Shown one piece after another: positions 25,101-37,400 of a DNA stretch of 64,000 nucleotides. The DNA lies in NCBI RefSeq assembly GCF_000002075.1, contig NW_004797329.1:92457-156456 (forward strand), given 5' to 3'. Both the position numbers and the translations under genes were made by a program. Position 1 is the first letter of the stretch. Each line of letters opens with the position of its first letter. Source of the stretch: Aplysia californica. Lineage: Eukaryota. Under the pieces are notes generated by a model that ran no database searches, was not told the DNA's origin, and was given only the letters and a program-made list of their open reading frames with translations.

Positions 25101-28100
25101 CAGGAGTGTGTGAGTATAGAATGAGGCTCAAGACCGAAAAGGGATCTTTGACTCTGACTTCAGAAGAATATAGATGTTGAATCATAAGTTGCAGGATTTT
25201 AAAATTTATATTTTCGGTTTTCCTTACGAATTTACTTTTTTCATTCTTGGCAACACTAAATCAGGTACCCAATTTACATGTCAATTTTTTGGTGTTTTTA
25301 GGACTTATAGCATTATTTAGTACAGTTTGCTTCTTAACTAATAAAAGACAAAACTCATTAAGACAGCTGCATGTTTGCCCCACCCTGAGTGATCCCCCCC
25401 TCCCCTGCCCTCCCCACTCACATTTGCTTGCTGTAGAGATTCTACCCCAGATCTGGTGTTGTTTATTGTAGCTATTGTGTCATCAGTGGTCACATTCGCC
25501 GCCGTTGAGCATGATGTCTGTTGTCTTTTGTGCACAGTTACTGGACAGCAAACTCCTCAGGCTACGACTTCAGAACAGCCAGGTTTGTGCCTAGCCTACC
25601 TACCACGTACCCTCTGTAAAGATATGTCAATCGTAGACCTGCCCTATAATGCTGTTTGCGTCAATCCTGGGTTCTTTTGCTTTACAGCGGAGATCCATCC
25701 CCTAGCCTTTAGTGGGCTACAAACAACCCGCAGCCTCTTCTTTTTGTTACAGCCCTTCCCTTTTATTTTTCTTACTCTCTGATTAAGGCTGAATATCAAC
25801 AACAAACTTCTGCCTTTTCTTGCCCCAATCCTTTTGAGTTACATTTGTTCAATGTTGTGGAGCTTTATGCCTCTGCCCGGCATATTTGCCTTGGTGTTTG
25901 ATGTTACTGTTACAGAAAAGAGTTTTGACACCCGTTCCTTTCTCCCTGAGTGGTTCTTGAAATGTTAATTTTTTATTCATAAGTGGGGGTCAGTCGAATT
26001 AAAAGAGTTTGATTATAGGAGGAGAATATTCACAATTGGCCTTTCCTTATTCTGTTCATCACTACATCATCATCATCATCAACATGGCTTTCCTTTTTTT
26101 TTTACATCAGCTTCTATGTTCTTTGATAAATTACGCATAGTGTGCATTGTTGTACACTATTTCATCATCTTCATTTTCATCATTTTGTGCTAAATCTTTA
26201 AATAGCTTTGGCTGTTTCAGCCCTTCATTTATCTTGAGCAGCTGTTCTGAAATTCCCAGGTCCACCATCCTTCATGTCTTTTTTTCTCTTATTTGATTTT
26301 GTTCATGGAAGGTATCCTCATCATTGCTCTACGCTATCTGCCGATTAGAGTTTTGCCCTCTCTGGTACTCCTTATTTTAGTTCTGCATTGACCTGACACG
26401 TACTAGCGTGTGTGATGTAATGGTTAGGCTCTTCATTTCAAATACAAGGTTAGTTTTATTTCTAAATTTGGAAGAGATTATTTTAGCTCTGTCTCTCTGC
26501 TGGGATGTGATCTGCACTATTTGGGAATCGCACTGATTGACAGGGCTTAAGCATCCCCACTTTCACCTATATTATCTAAATTTCTAAACTACTTCCCACA
26601 AAATTACCTTTTCTTGACTTTTTCTTTCACTGCTCCATTGTACAAGTATTAAAAATTCTCTTGAAAGTTCAGGCCAGTTGTGCAGTTGTCCGGGAACTTT
26701 GGAATTTTTTTTGGTCATTGTTTGTTGTGGTCTCTGCATAGCCTGAACAGTTATGTCAGTAGAATAGTGAGTCTGCATGTAGCACTGTAGACCTTGCCAG
26801 ATTGTGGTATCGTTGTGTTGCATGATTTCATGGGTGTTTCTTGATATAAGGTTCCGAACCTTTCTTTGTTTTGGCGTCTTCCTGACTGCGTACATGTGTG
26901 TGTTATTCATTGGTGTTTTATTTTGGTATGGAAATAACCAGACTGTATAAGTTTTGTATACAAGTCATGACCCTGCTTCTGTTTATCTCATAAAGTTTGG
27001 AATGATATTTACCAGCAAAGGAATGTGCAGAAAGGTAACAACAGAGGAGATTCATTGCTTTTGCAGTCATAGAAATGTTTCAACAAACCATAATGGTTTT
27101 CCTCAGATAATGTAAAATTCTGACTTTTTTCTTTGTGGGGATTTTCTTTTTTTTTCTGCACCATTACACATTGAGTGTAGTTTGCACATGTGTGGTTTGT
27201 TTTGATTTTTATCAAACAACTGGCTTTCATTTCACTTTAAGTCCTTTCTTTTTTTCAGTTTTCTTATTTTTTATTTTCTCACTTTACCTCTGTGCTTGAC
27301 GTAGTTCTGTACTTGACAGTTCTGCCTCTTTTCTTTGAGTTTTGCACTGTGTGCACGAGTGAAAATGAAAAATAACACGTAATTTACCCTAAACCGCTAC
27401 AGTCATGCAACTTCTCAGCTCTTTGATATCACCCTCTTTCAGTTTTCTTTTGATTACTTTAATAGTTTGAGATCCCTTAACTCCTTTCCCAGTGACTCTA
27501 ATGTGTGCAGTTTTTAAAAAGTATGTTACTTTTGTTGGTTTTCTACTTTTACTGCCTTGCAGTTTAAGCATTTTCCGTACTTCTATCTTTTTTTTTCTTT
27601 TTCATTTGTATTTTTTCTTCACTCTCTTGAATGCTCTTGTTTGTTTTTCTATAAAGTTTCTTTGTCTAATTTATCAATTTCTGAAAAGTTTTAGATTTTG
27701 TTTCATACTAAAGTACTGCTGAGATAGTCGCATTTCTTTTTGTTTCTCATATTTTTAGACAACAATTTCTTTAAAAATCATTGTGTTCATCTTTGCTTGT
27801 TTGATATTTCTGAAAAGTTTCACACTGTCTTTCTGTGAATTTTATTGTTTTTAACTTTTGCTGTAAGTGTGCTGTGAGCCTTGTATACATAATAGCTTCA
27901 TATTTTTTTGTGAAGGCAAAAGTCGTGTGCAGGAGTCATGTGTCTGTACTTATACATTGTAATAGATTCTGCCTTCAGAATGTTTTCTTCCATTGTAATG
28001 ACAAATGTCTGCTGCCCCCTCCCCCCGTGCCTACCTTGTGGCCACAACTCCCACCACCAACACCCAATCCCACAGCTCTGCTGCAAGAAGTGACCAGCCT

Positions 28101-28396
28101 GAACCAGGAGAAGCGGGAACTGTCCACGCAGCTACAGCACCAGCTGGACGCGTCGCGGCTGCGGCTGACGGAGCTGGAGACAGCCTCGGAGGAGGCGGAG
28201 CGACGCCACGAGGCCGCCCTAGAAGAGAGGAACCATGCCCTGGAGGACATGCGGCTGCAGCTGGAGAACATGGAGAGACAGCTCAAGGCTAGCCGGGCGT
28301 TTGTCGATGTGAGTGCCGTTGCTTTTGGTCAGACTTTATTACTCAGCTCTTATAATAATGATAATAATATAATAATAATTACTAATAATAATGATA

Positions 28397-28427
<31 letters not shown>

Positions 28428-31400
28428 TAGTAATAATAATAATAATTTAAAAAGCCCATCTGTAAATGTCTGACAATGACCAATACATGTGTAGAGAAAA
28501 ATATTTCTCCAGCGAAATAGAAGAATTTGAAGAACTAAAGGTGACGATGACTCTAATATGTTGGAAGTTGGATTGCTAAGGTGAAAACTGTTGCTCAAGT
28601 TCAACTACCGATTTCCTGAGAGACCAATGACTTTTCGTCAGTTAGTTTCTGGTTTCGTGGACACGCGGGTTAAAAAGAGCATATTATTGATGGAAAAGTG
28701 GTAACAGCTTCTGACAGTGCGTGCACAAACCATGATATATCTGATGCAACATATGTGTATTGAGGTATAGAAGAAGCAAAATGACCTAGGAGAAGAGAGA
28801 ACCAGCCATGCAGTGCAACAGCTGGTCAATTTCATCAAGATTTTGGGAATCTATCACTGTAACCCTTAACATGTTAAGTTTCATGAAACGGCTGAGTACA
28901 CAATTTCCTGTAACTGTACAGCCTTTAAAGACTGCTGAAAAGTCTGGTCAATTCGAGAAGTAGACTCTGAAATGTGAATCAGATTGTGAAAAATTGTACT
29001 GTTATTTGGGTGTAAATTATAACTCTTCAGATCAATAATTTGAAGTAGCCAAGTGCGTCAGGAGCAGTTTTTATTGATGATGAATGTTCTTGTTGGGGGG
29101 GGGGGGGGTGTTGTTGATTTTGAGAATAATCTGATAGGTCAATGCGATGTGTGTGTATGTGTGGCTTTTATCCTACGTGCGTGTGTGCTGCTTTTGGAAA
29201 TTGATAATTTGAAAGTAGTCAGCAACACATGTGTATAGCCGAGTGTTTTGTACACAGCAGTAGTATAGAAAGTTGTGTGTTGATCAGATTCAAGGAGGTA
29301 CTCACTTTTTGGACAGACGAAAAGTCATCAAGCTCTTTCAATGACTTATAAATTCTTGAATTTTCTTGTTGGCTACACCAGCTTCTGATTGTTTGTGATG
29401 GATATATTTTTTGTGTATATAAAGGTGATTGTTATGCTCTTAGTTCTTTACTCAGGAATTTTCTTTACAAGTTTTTTTTACTTTGATTGACAATGTTGTT
29501 TTAGAGGTCAATGTATGATCCCTCTTCTCACTAGCAAAAATAAAAGTGGTGGAATAATATAGTATTGCACTTTGGTTTTTTAGATGTTCTTTGTATCATT
29601 TTTTCTTTGATGTATGCTACAGGCCTTCTTTCCATTTTAAAAAAAAAAATTTTTTTTTTTAGAGGCTAAAACAGCACCTGGACATGGATGGCTGGTGCCA
29701 CTATAAATAAATCATTGATGGTCTGGTCTTTTTTTTTTTTTTTTATTACTGTTGCCCATGCCAAGTGCTCCACTTTCAAATTGACTTTCTTTGTTTTATT
29801 TTGTAGTTACACTCCTGTATCAAAAGAAACTAAGGTAGCAAAATTTGGTGAGGAATTTGTTGTCTGTAATGATAGTCAGGTTGTTTATATATTCTTCTAT
29901 TTTGTCAGGAACAAATGGCTGAGAGAGAGCAGGAGAGAGAGGAACATCAGAGAGAGATAGAAAGACTGCAGGAGACCATTGAGGGGAAGGACAAGAATGC
30001 AAATTCACAGCAGAGACTCCAGAGAGAGGTATTTAAAGCGAAGCGAACTCTTGTCTTTACATGTTGTTTTTGTTATTTCAGCTGTCTTTTGGCTCTAGCT
30101 CTTTGGCCAACCCGTAATCTGTTCTGAGCTGAAGTGTTCATTATCTATACTGTCCTTTTGGCAGGTGGTTGGAGATTTGCATTAGTGCATCCTTTTTCTT
30201 CTCATGGGCTCTCATATTTCTATCTCATGTTTCCCCTGCACTGAATAACCAAAATCATGTCTGTATGCTTCTCATTAGTCCGATTTCTATCCGTTCCTCT
30301 TATTGGTAAGATTCACAACCATGATATACATTATTTTGTTCAATTAATGATAATTTGTCCCCACTGACTATGTCAAAATTCATCCACAATTTTTCAGTCC
30401 AATTTTTCAATACTGCGGTGGATAATGGGTTCTCAGGTGTGGTTTGCTCCATCTTTCCTGTCAATATCTATCGTCTTTAACTCTCTTCCTATTCTTTGTA
30501 TGTTACTCTCAAGTAACACTTCTAATCTTTGGCACTTATATGACCTATATGTGTTGCATGTGCTGTAAAACTCTTACTAAAAATAAAAAAATAAAACAAT
30601 TTCAATTGCTCTCTTGTCCAGATTGCTGACCTGACAGAGCAGCTTCAGTCTCGCATCACCAGCCAGAGTGCCATGCATCAGAGAACACTGGAACTTCAGC
30701 AAGCTCTGGAGGACAAAGAACTCAGTGCTCATGACCTCAAGGTGGGACCTTTGGAATGAACTCTTGAATGTTTTATTCCTGTTGTTTTGTGTCTATCTTT
30801 CATTCTCATCTGTGGATGGTTTCGGTGAACTGTACCGTCAAACCTCTAATGGACCCCTGTCTAAGACAAGTCACCTGTACAAACAACCACTTCCCAACCA
30901 ACCTCCCTCCCACCCCCTACCCACTTGCATTTTTTAGAAATTATAATGACACTGTTTAAGATGTCCACCTGTCTAAGACGTTCACTTTTCTCCTCTAAAA
31001 ATGGATGGCAGTCTTGGACAATTTCAACTGTATATGAAAATGATAAAACCTTGCATTTTTTCTGTCCAATATCTACACTGTGTGGATTCTTTGCTGTCTG
31101 TTCTGTTTGTCAGGCCTGTGTCTACTCTCACTTGTTATGGGGAAATGTGTGTATCGTGACTTAGGTGTCTGTCAAAACATTTCATGTTCATATTTTCCTT
31201 TTTGAATTGTGACTGTGAATTACTGGATTTCTCTGTCTCTACAAACAAAACAATTATTTTATATTTCGGTAACTAATTTTTGCTTTCTTATATCTTTCTT
31301 TGGCATTAATCTACCGCGGCGTGTCCAGTTGCCTTCTTTCTTCAAAACAATCCTGTACGTCAATTTTTCACATGTATTTTTGCCTAGGGATGCTGCTGAG

Positions 31401-34400
31401 CAAGAGTGACACAGCAACCTGTTGGTTCTAAATAATCATATAAAATTAGTGATAATGAATGCTAAAGAGAGAGTTCATTTTTTTCATGTATCATGCCACA
31501 TTGAATTAGTATTATTATTATTACTGTTACTTTCACTATTATTTCAATTATGGAAACTATGAATATTATGGTTGGTGTTGTTATAAATGTTATTATTATT
31601 ACAAAAATCATCATATAGTTTTGCAAGCTATTGAAATGCACAAAGCCCAAAAAGCATAGTTCTTTTAAACAGCTGGACAGTGATATATGTGAGGCGTGTG
31701 CTGACAAAATGAGTTACTTCTCGCAATCCACAAATGGGGGTATTGGCCACAAATCGATCGACATTAGACTAAAATCTATAGATTTTCTATTGATGCCATA
31801 TTCTTTAACTATAACCTGTCTTTTATTATTTCATACTTATTAATTCTAAAAACTTCACCTATCTATTTACGTAAGGCTTGAATCTGAGAAGTAACTCATT
31901 TTATCAACACGCTTCACAAATGAGTAATGTATGTGACTCAAACTTAACAATGTGCACCCACTGTGGGTGGTTGGTGGATGCTCTGGTGTGGTTTGCCCCT
32001 TCTCAAACATCTATCGTCCTTATCTCCCCTTCTTCTTTTTTGTGTTTGTTCCTCTCTTGTAACACCTCTAATCTTCTGGCGCTCATGTGACCTAATGCAG
32101 TTGCGTGCGCTGTAAAACCTCTGCTGACCCCCCGGGGCAGTGCCACTGACTGTAGTGCCTTTAGGCCATTCCCAAAGAGGAGACATTTCTCGTTCAAGCA
32201 CAGTAGAATTGTAAATAGGCTAATTCATCATGCCACGCTCATAACTGTGCCTGATCTACAACAGGGAACTGCTGCTTTTTCTTTCCTAATCCTAACATAT
32301 GTTCTTTTTTCCTCTACTTCGTTTGTATGTTTGTCACACTCTTGTGACCCGCTATTTCCGGGGTTCCTTGATAGTCGAAGCACACCTTGTGCTGTTGAAG
32401 CTAGAGAGGTGAGCAGTCTAACTCTAAGTCTGATTCCCAGTAAAGACTTCTCTGTTGACACCCACCCCTTGGCGCTCATATGACCTTATGCAGTTGCGAG
32501 CGCCGTAAAACTCTCAACTAAAAAAAAATATATTTTTTAAACCAAAAAACTCTACTACAACTAAAACTGCTGACCTTTCCCCTCAGACGTGGGTGTCGCA
32601 GCTGGAGAGTGAGCTGGACGAGCGCGGGGACATCGAGGACCAGCTCAAACAAAGGATCACCAAGCTGGAACGGCAGCTCACCGAGCAGGAGGACGAGAAG
32701 GACCGGGACGAGACCGAGGATGACGAGTTGGCCAGGGCTGGACGTCCGACGGGTGACAGGACAGACCAGGACATCCCGACCCCGCTGTCGCCGGTCAGAG
32801 TGAGATCTCGGCCGAGTCATGTCTCCCTGGAGGATGAGCTACACACTTCGGAGCAGTCTGAGGAGGTAGGGGGTCTTTGTGTTGCTGTTGTAAAGTGCAG
32901 AGAGTTTTGCTTTCAAGTGGGGATATGNNNNNNNNNNNNNNNNNNNNNNNNNNNNNNNNNNNNNNNNNNNNNNNNNNNNNNNNNNNNNNNNNNNNNNNNN
33001 NNNNNNNNNNNNNNNNNNNNNNNNNNNNNNNNNNNNNNNNNNNNNNNNNNNNNNNNNNNNNNNNNNCACTGTAACCCTTTGTGATATTTTGCTCACTGCT
33101 TTCTCACCATGACACTTTTGTGACGCTTTGCTCACTGCTCTATATTCCTAGTAAAACAGTTACAAGAGATGTGAGTTATCAATAGGAAGCAGAATGTTAG
33201 AACATGATGTATTCAGCTTTTTAGATTGGAATTGATTCTTTCCCAATATTGGCGTGGGTCTGATTTGTCACTCCTGTCATGTAAATGTGCGGACTGTTTG
33301 ATATAATAGCTCTTAATTGTTATGATGTGATGACCATCAAACCAACAAATAAATTTTGGCCAATATTTTTGTGGGGATCATTAGAGAAAGCAGAATATTT
33401 GCATACTTTTTCCCTTGTGTTTTAAATTTCAGGAATTATTTCATGTTGATAAAGCCTTCAGTGTATGAGATCAGGGGTCATTCTAGCCACCCGTATCAGT
33501 TTCTGTTGGTAAAAGTTACTTAGTACTCTTCAGGCCAACATGTCAGAAGGAAAAGAAGTATTTAAAGCAATTTTCTGTTGATACAGAAAATAATGTTTGT
33601 GCTGTTTTTGTCAACAATTCATGTCTGAGATGGAACATGTATCTTGATAAGCCTATGCTCATCTGAAAGTGATGGATACGTGGACTTCTGGATATAAATA
33701 ATAACAACAGCAGGCTCTATGCGCTTTACACTATATTATTACCCCAGCAGACCATAGAACACTCCGAAACATTCTCAGCTTCCCGTGAAGCATACAGTGC
33801 AAGCAGCTGATTAAGCGCTCAAACACTAACAAACTGACAAGATCTTTCGCTGTCTATAGCCGGGTACCCATTCCACCTGAGTGAAGTGAGGAAAATTCGT
33901 GTAAAGTGCCTTTCCCAAGGACACAACGTCGGGCCCCTGACGGGATTCGAACCCAGGACCTTACGGTTGCGAGTCCGAGAGCCTTACCACTAGGCCACTG
34001 ACGCCACATATTATATATGACAGGTTGAAGATGGTGTGGGGAGAGGCCAGCTATCAGACTGACTTTTTTTCATCATGTAAAGCTATTTCAATTATTACTT
34101 GATTGTCCTTACTGCTTCATCTTTCTCTGTTGTCTTGATATTGGTGCAGTAAAAATGATTTGATTCGTCCTACCCAAGCTGTCGTTTTCAGGACTTTGAT
34201 ATTGGTACAGTAAAATAGATTGGTTTTCTCCAACCCGAACTCTCTGTTCCAGGACTTGATCCATGAGAACCGGGCCCTGAAGGAGCAGGTGCACCAGCAG
34301 CTACTGCAGATCTCCGCCCTGAAAAACCAGCTGGACCAGTTGCGCCACTACGGAGGGGATGATGAAGACAATGACGCCACACAGCTACGACTGCGGCTTC

Positions 34401-37400
34401 AGGCAGAGAGGAATACGGTGGAGAACAAAGATGCAGAGGTGAGAGTGTCAAATGAATTGAGGTTTTTCTTTTGTCTCTTTTTTTACTCAAATGAATTAAT
34501 ATTTTTCATGTCTGTTTTTTACTTTGAAGTATCAGCATTGGTGGTTATAAATAATATTATATCTTTGTTTTTTTATATCTGTATAGCTGCAGTATGGACA
34601 GTCTTATACTTTGGTGTAACAAAAAAAAAGACGTTCTGCTAGTTTCATCAGTCCTCAGTTTTACTGCATAAACTGTCATTGACTTTTTAGCTTTCTTTTA
34701 AACAGGCCATTCACTTGGTTTCTTCATACCTTGTTGTATTGTTAAAAACATTGAAGTTTTGACTGTTTTTAGGGAGAGGGTGAGGAAGGTGAGAAAATAG
34801 GCAGTTTTGTAAATACTCCTTGTTTAATGCTTTAAATTTTCTTTTTTTATCTTTTTCTTTTTGTCCTGTCAGATCTCTGATCTTCAGTCCAAGACAGAAG
34901 CGTTGGAGAATGAGTTGAGACGGAAAGCTGAGGAAGCTGAGGCTATCCACGCTAAAGTGTCTCGTGTCCTTGAGATGGGCGATGTCCAGGAAGAGAACCA
35001 GAGCCTGAAGGTTAGTCTTTGGTCTGGTTCAAGCTAATCTGAAAGGTTGGTCAGAGGCCCGTGTCAAGCATCTTTTTACAAAAGTTGGACAGCTGCAACC
35101 TTTTTATGTTAAAAACTTGTAAGATAAGATAAGATTATATTTTATTGTCCCAGTGGGACATTTTTTTGGGCCGTATAAGAATGGTAAACACATATATAGG
35201 TATACATAAATAGAATTTAAATTATACATTACTGTTATTAAGATTCAATATGAAGAGAAAAGTAAAGCAGACTATAATAATACACATTTCACGTAAGATG
35301 CATCTTTCAACCACATGCATGGATATTTAAAGAAAAGGAATTGATTTAATTGTTTATATATATGACCTTTTTTTGTGAAAAGTCGGAATGCTTTCCTCAT
35401 TGACTCTGTTCTATGATCACCGTGAAAAAATGGGTCATAAATCGCATTACTGTATTCATGGGCACCAGCTCTGGTAATGAAGTTTCCTTCAAGTGTTTAT
35501 GTCAATGTTGGTGTGACTTAAGCTGAAAAAGTATTGCAAGGTGCTAATCCCTTCTTCTGTCTTTTTTACAACTTTACCAAAAAAATTGCTTGTGCTTCGT
35601 CTCGATTTTCATTCCAACTTTGTCTTTATCGTTGTTCCATGACACATGTGGATCAGTGGTTGATGTGTTACATCTTTCCAGGACGTCTTTCTCGATACTT
35701 TTATTTTAATTTTGTTCTTCCTTATTTAGCTTTTTTCTTAATCATTTCCCTTCAGTCATTCTTTACTGAATTTTATTTCTGACCCTGCATCTCTTCCTTC
35801 GTGTAGGGTTGTTGGAAGACGCTACTGATTATTATGAGATCTCTTAGACAGCGAAAGATCTTGTCAGTATGTTAGTGTGTTAGCGCCTATAAATGGCAGC
35901 TTACACTGTATGCTTCCAGGAAGTTGAGATTGTTTGGGAATGCTATCAGGTCTGCTGGTTTAATCATGAAGATTGTAAAGTGCATAGAGCTTGCCGTGGA
36001 GCGAGAATTTGAGCTATACAAATGCTATGTATTATGATTATTAGATCCTACTTCTTTTCTTTCCTTCCGTTATTTTTATTGGTCTATTTTGCTTTTTGCC
36101 TGGACTGAATGGGTGATATCATTTGAGTGTACTTCTGTTTATTGAAACCATGAAACTCTTCCTTCCTACATCGGTGACACGCGGTTTTGGTGGCTGATCA
36201 CTTGGGTGTGTCCTTGAGCAAGACACAACAACTTTAGCTAAAAAAAACCCAGGACGCTGCACAGTGGTGACCAGCAATGGCATGTTTGTGAAATTCTTCT
36301 GTATTGGTGTAGTATATTTTGTATTTATGTATGTACTTGTGTATGTATTTATAATTATGTAATTATGTTAGGTATGTTTACCATGATAACCCAAACTGCC
36401 CTACAAGGATCAATAAAAATGTAATCTATAATACTTTTTTTTTTATGTCTCCCCCTCCCCAGAGCCAGTTGGAGGAGCTGCAGTCCCAGGTGTCCAACAT
36501 GTCCAGCCTGTCGTCACAGCACACTCTGCCGCCCGCTCTCCTGGAGGAGAAGAACCACGAGATAGAGGAGAAAGTGCAGGAGGTGGAGAAGCTGCAGGTG
36601 AGGACTCTTTAGGACAGTATAGTCGAACCTGCTCTAACAGTCACCTGTATAAGACTGACTTTGACTGAATACTTGTATTATACAATCTCGCGTATAAAGA
36701 GCCACTTCTCATTTTCCCCTCTTGCATTTTTTTTTTTACATTATAATGACACTGTGAAACATTCACCTTGTCTAAGATGGCTTGTCTAAATACTACGCAG
36801 GACTTTTTGTCTTTTCATGGTTTTTGACAAGATGTCATCTCTTTCCTTGAAAGTTCTCAAAAGAATTAAGTCTTTAAAAAGTGACACCTTTAATGTCTAA
36901 CTGTGGGTTAACTTAACTGCTGGGCAGATATATCCCTGGTTCAAATCTTTGATAAATCAACCTAGGCTCAATGTTGTAAAATTAGGATCGCTTGAGTTTT
37001 CATTGCTGCACACGCTTTTTCCCATGTTCATCTCTGATTATTTTGGCCTTTTTTTTTTACTATGACCTGATATAACCTGTCTCCTTGACCATGGGTGTTC
37101 ACAGGTCAATGTCCATTCCCTGAAGCAACAGCTGAAGGAAAAGGAGGAAGAGATCAGTGACCTTCAGGACAACATTGCCTGTTTGAGGCGAGGAGAGCCC
37201 TGCCTGGACGTGTCACTGCCACTCAACGAAGAGACCAACAACATGCTCAACATCTCCATGACGGGCCGAGTAAGTTCATGTCCCCATGTCTGTTTGTGCA
37301 AGTCAAAAATCGTTCTCAATGGTCCCTCCTAGTTGAGCTTTCCACCTTTGCATGTCATGATTATCTTGAAGAGATTTTCTTGATGTCTTATATTTTGCTA

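Noticed and set aside
25688-25782. Additional exon after tttacag at 25687
   Set aside because: No convincing donor; the frame runs into T-rich sequence and a stop, with no supporting signal.
32471-32510. SECIS element or H/ACA snoRNA reading of the ATGA-containing hairpin
   Set aside because: No SECIS quartet/AAR geometry and it is intronic; TSDs, truncations and antisense copies indicate a retroposon tail. An Rfam scan would be needed to exclude snoRNA ancestry.
33930-34007. tRNA gene
   Set aside because: A/B boxes are present but continue into a SINE body and tail with dispersed relatives; the same holds for 42577-42650.
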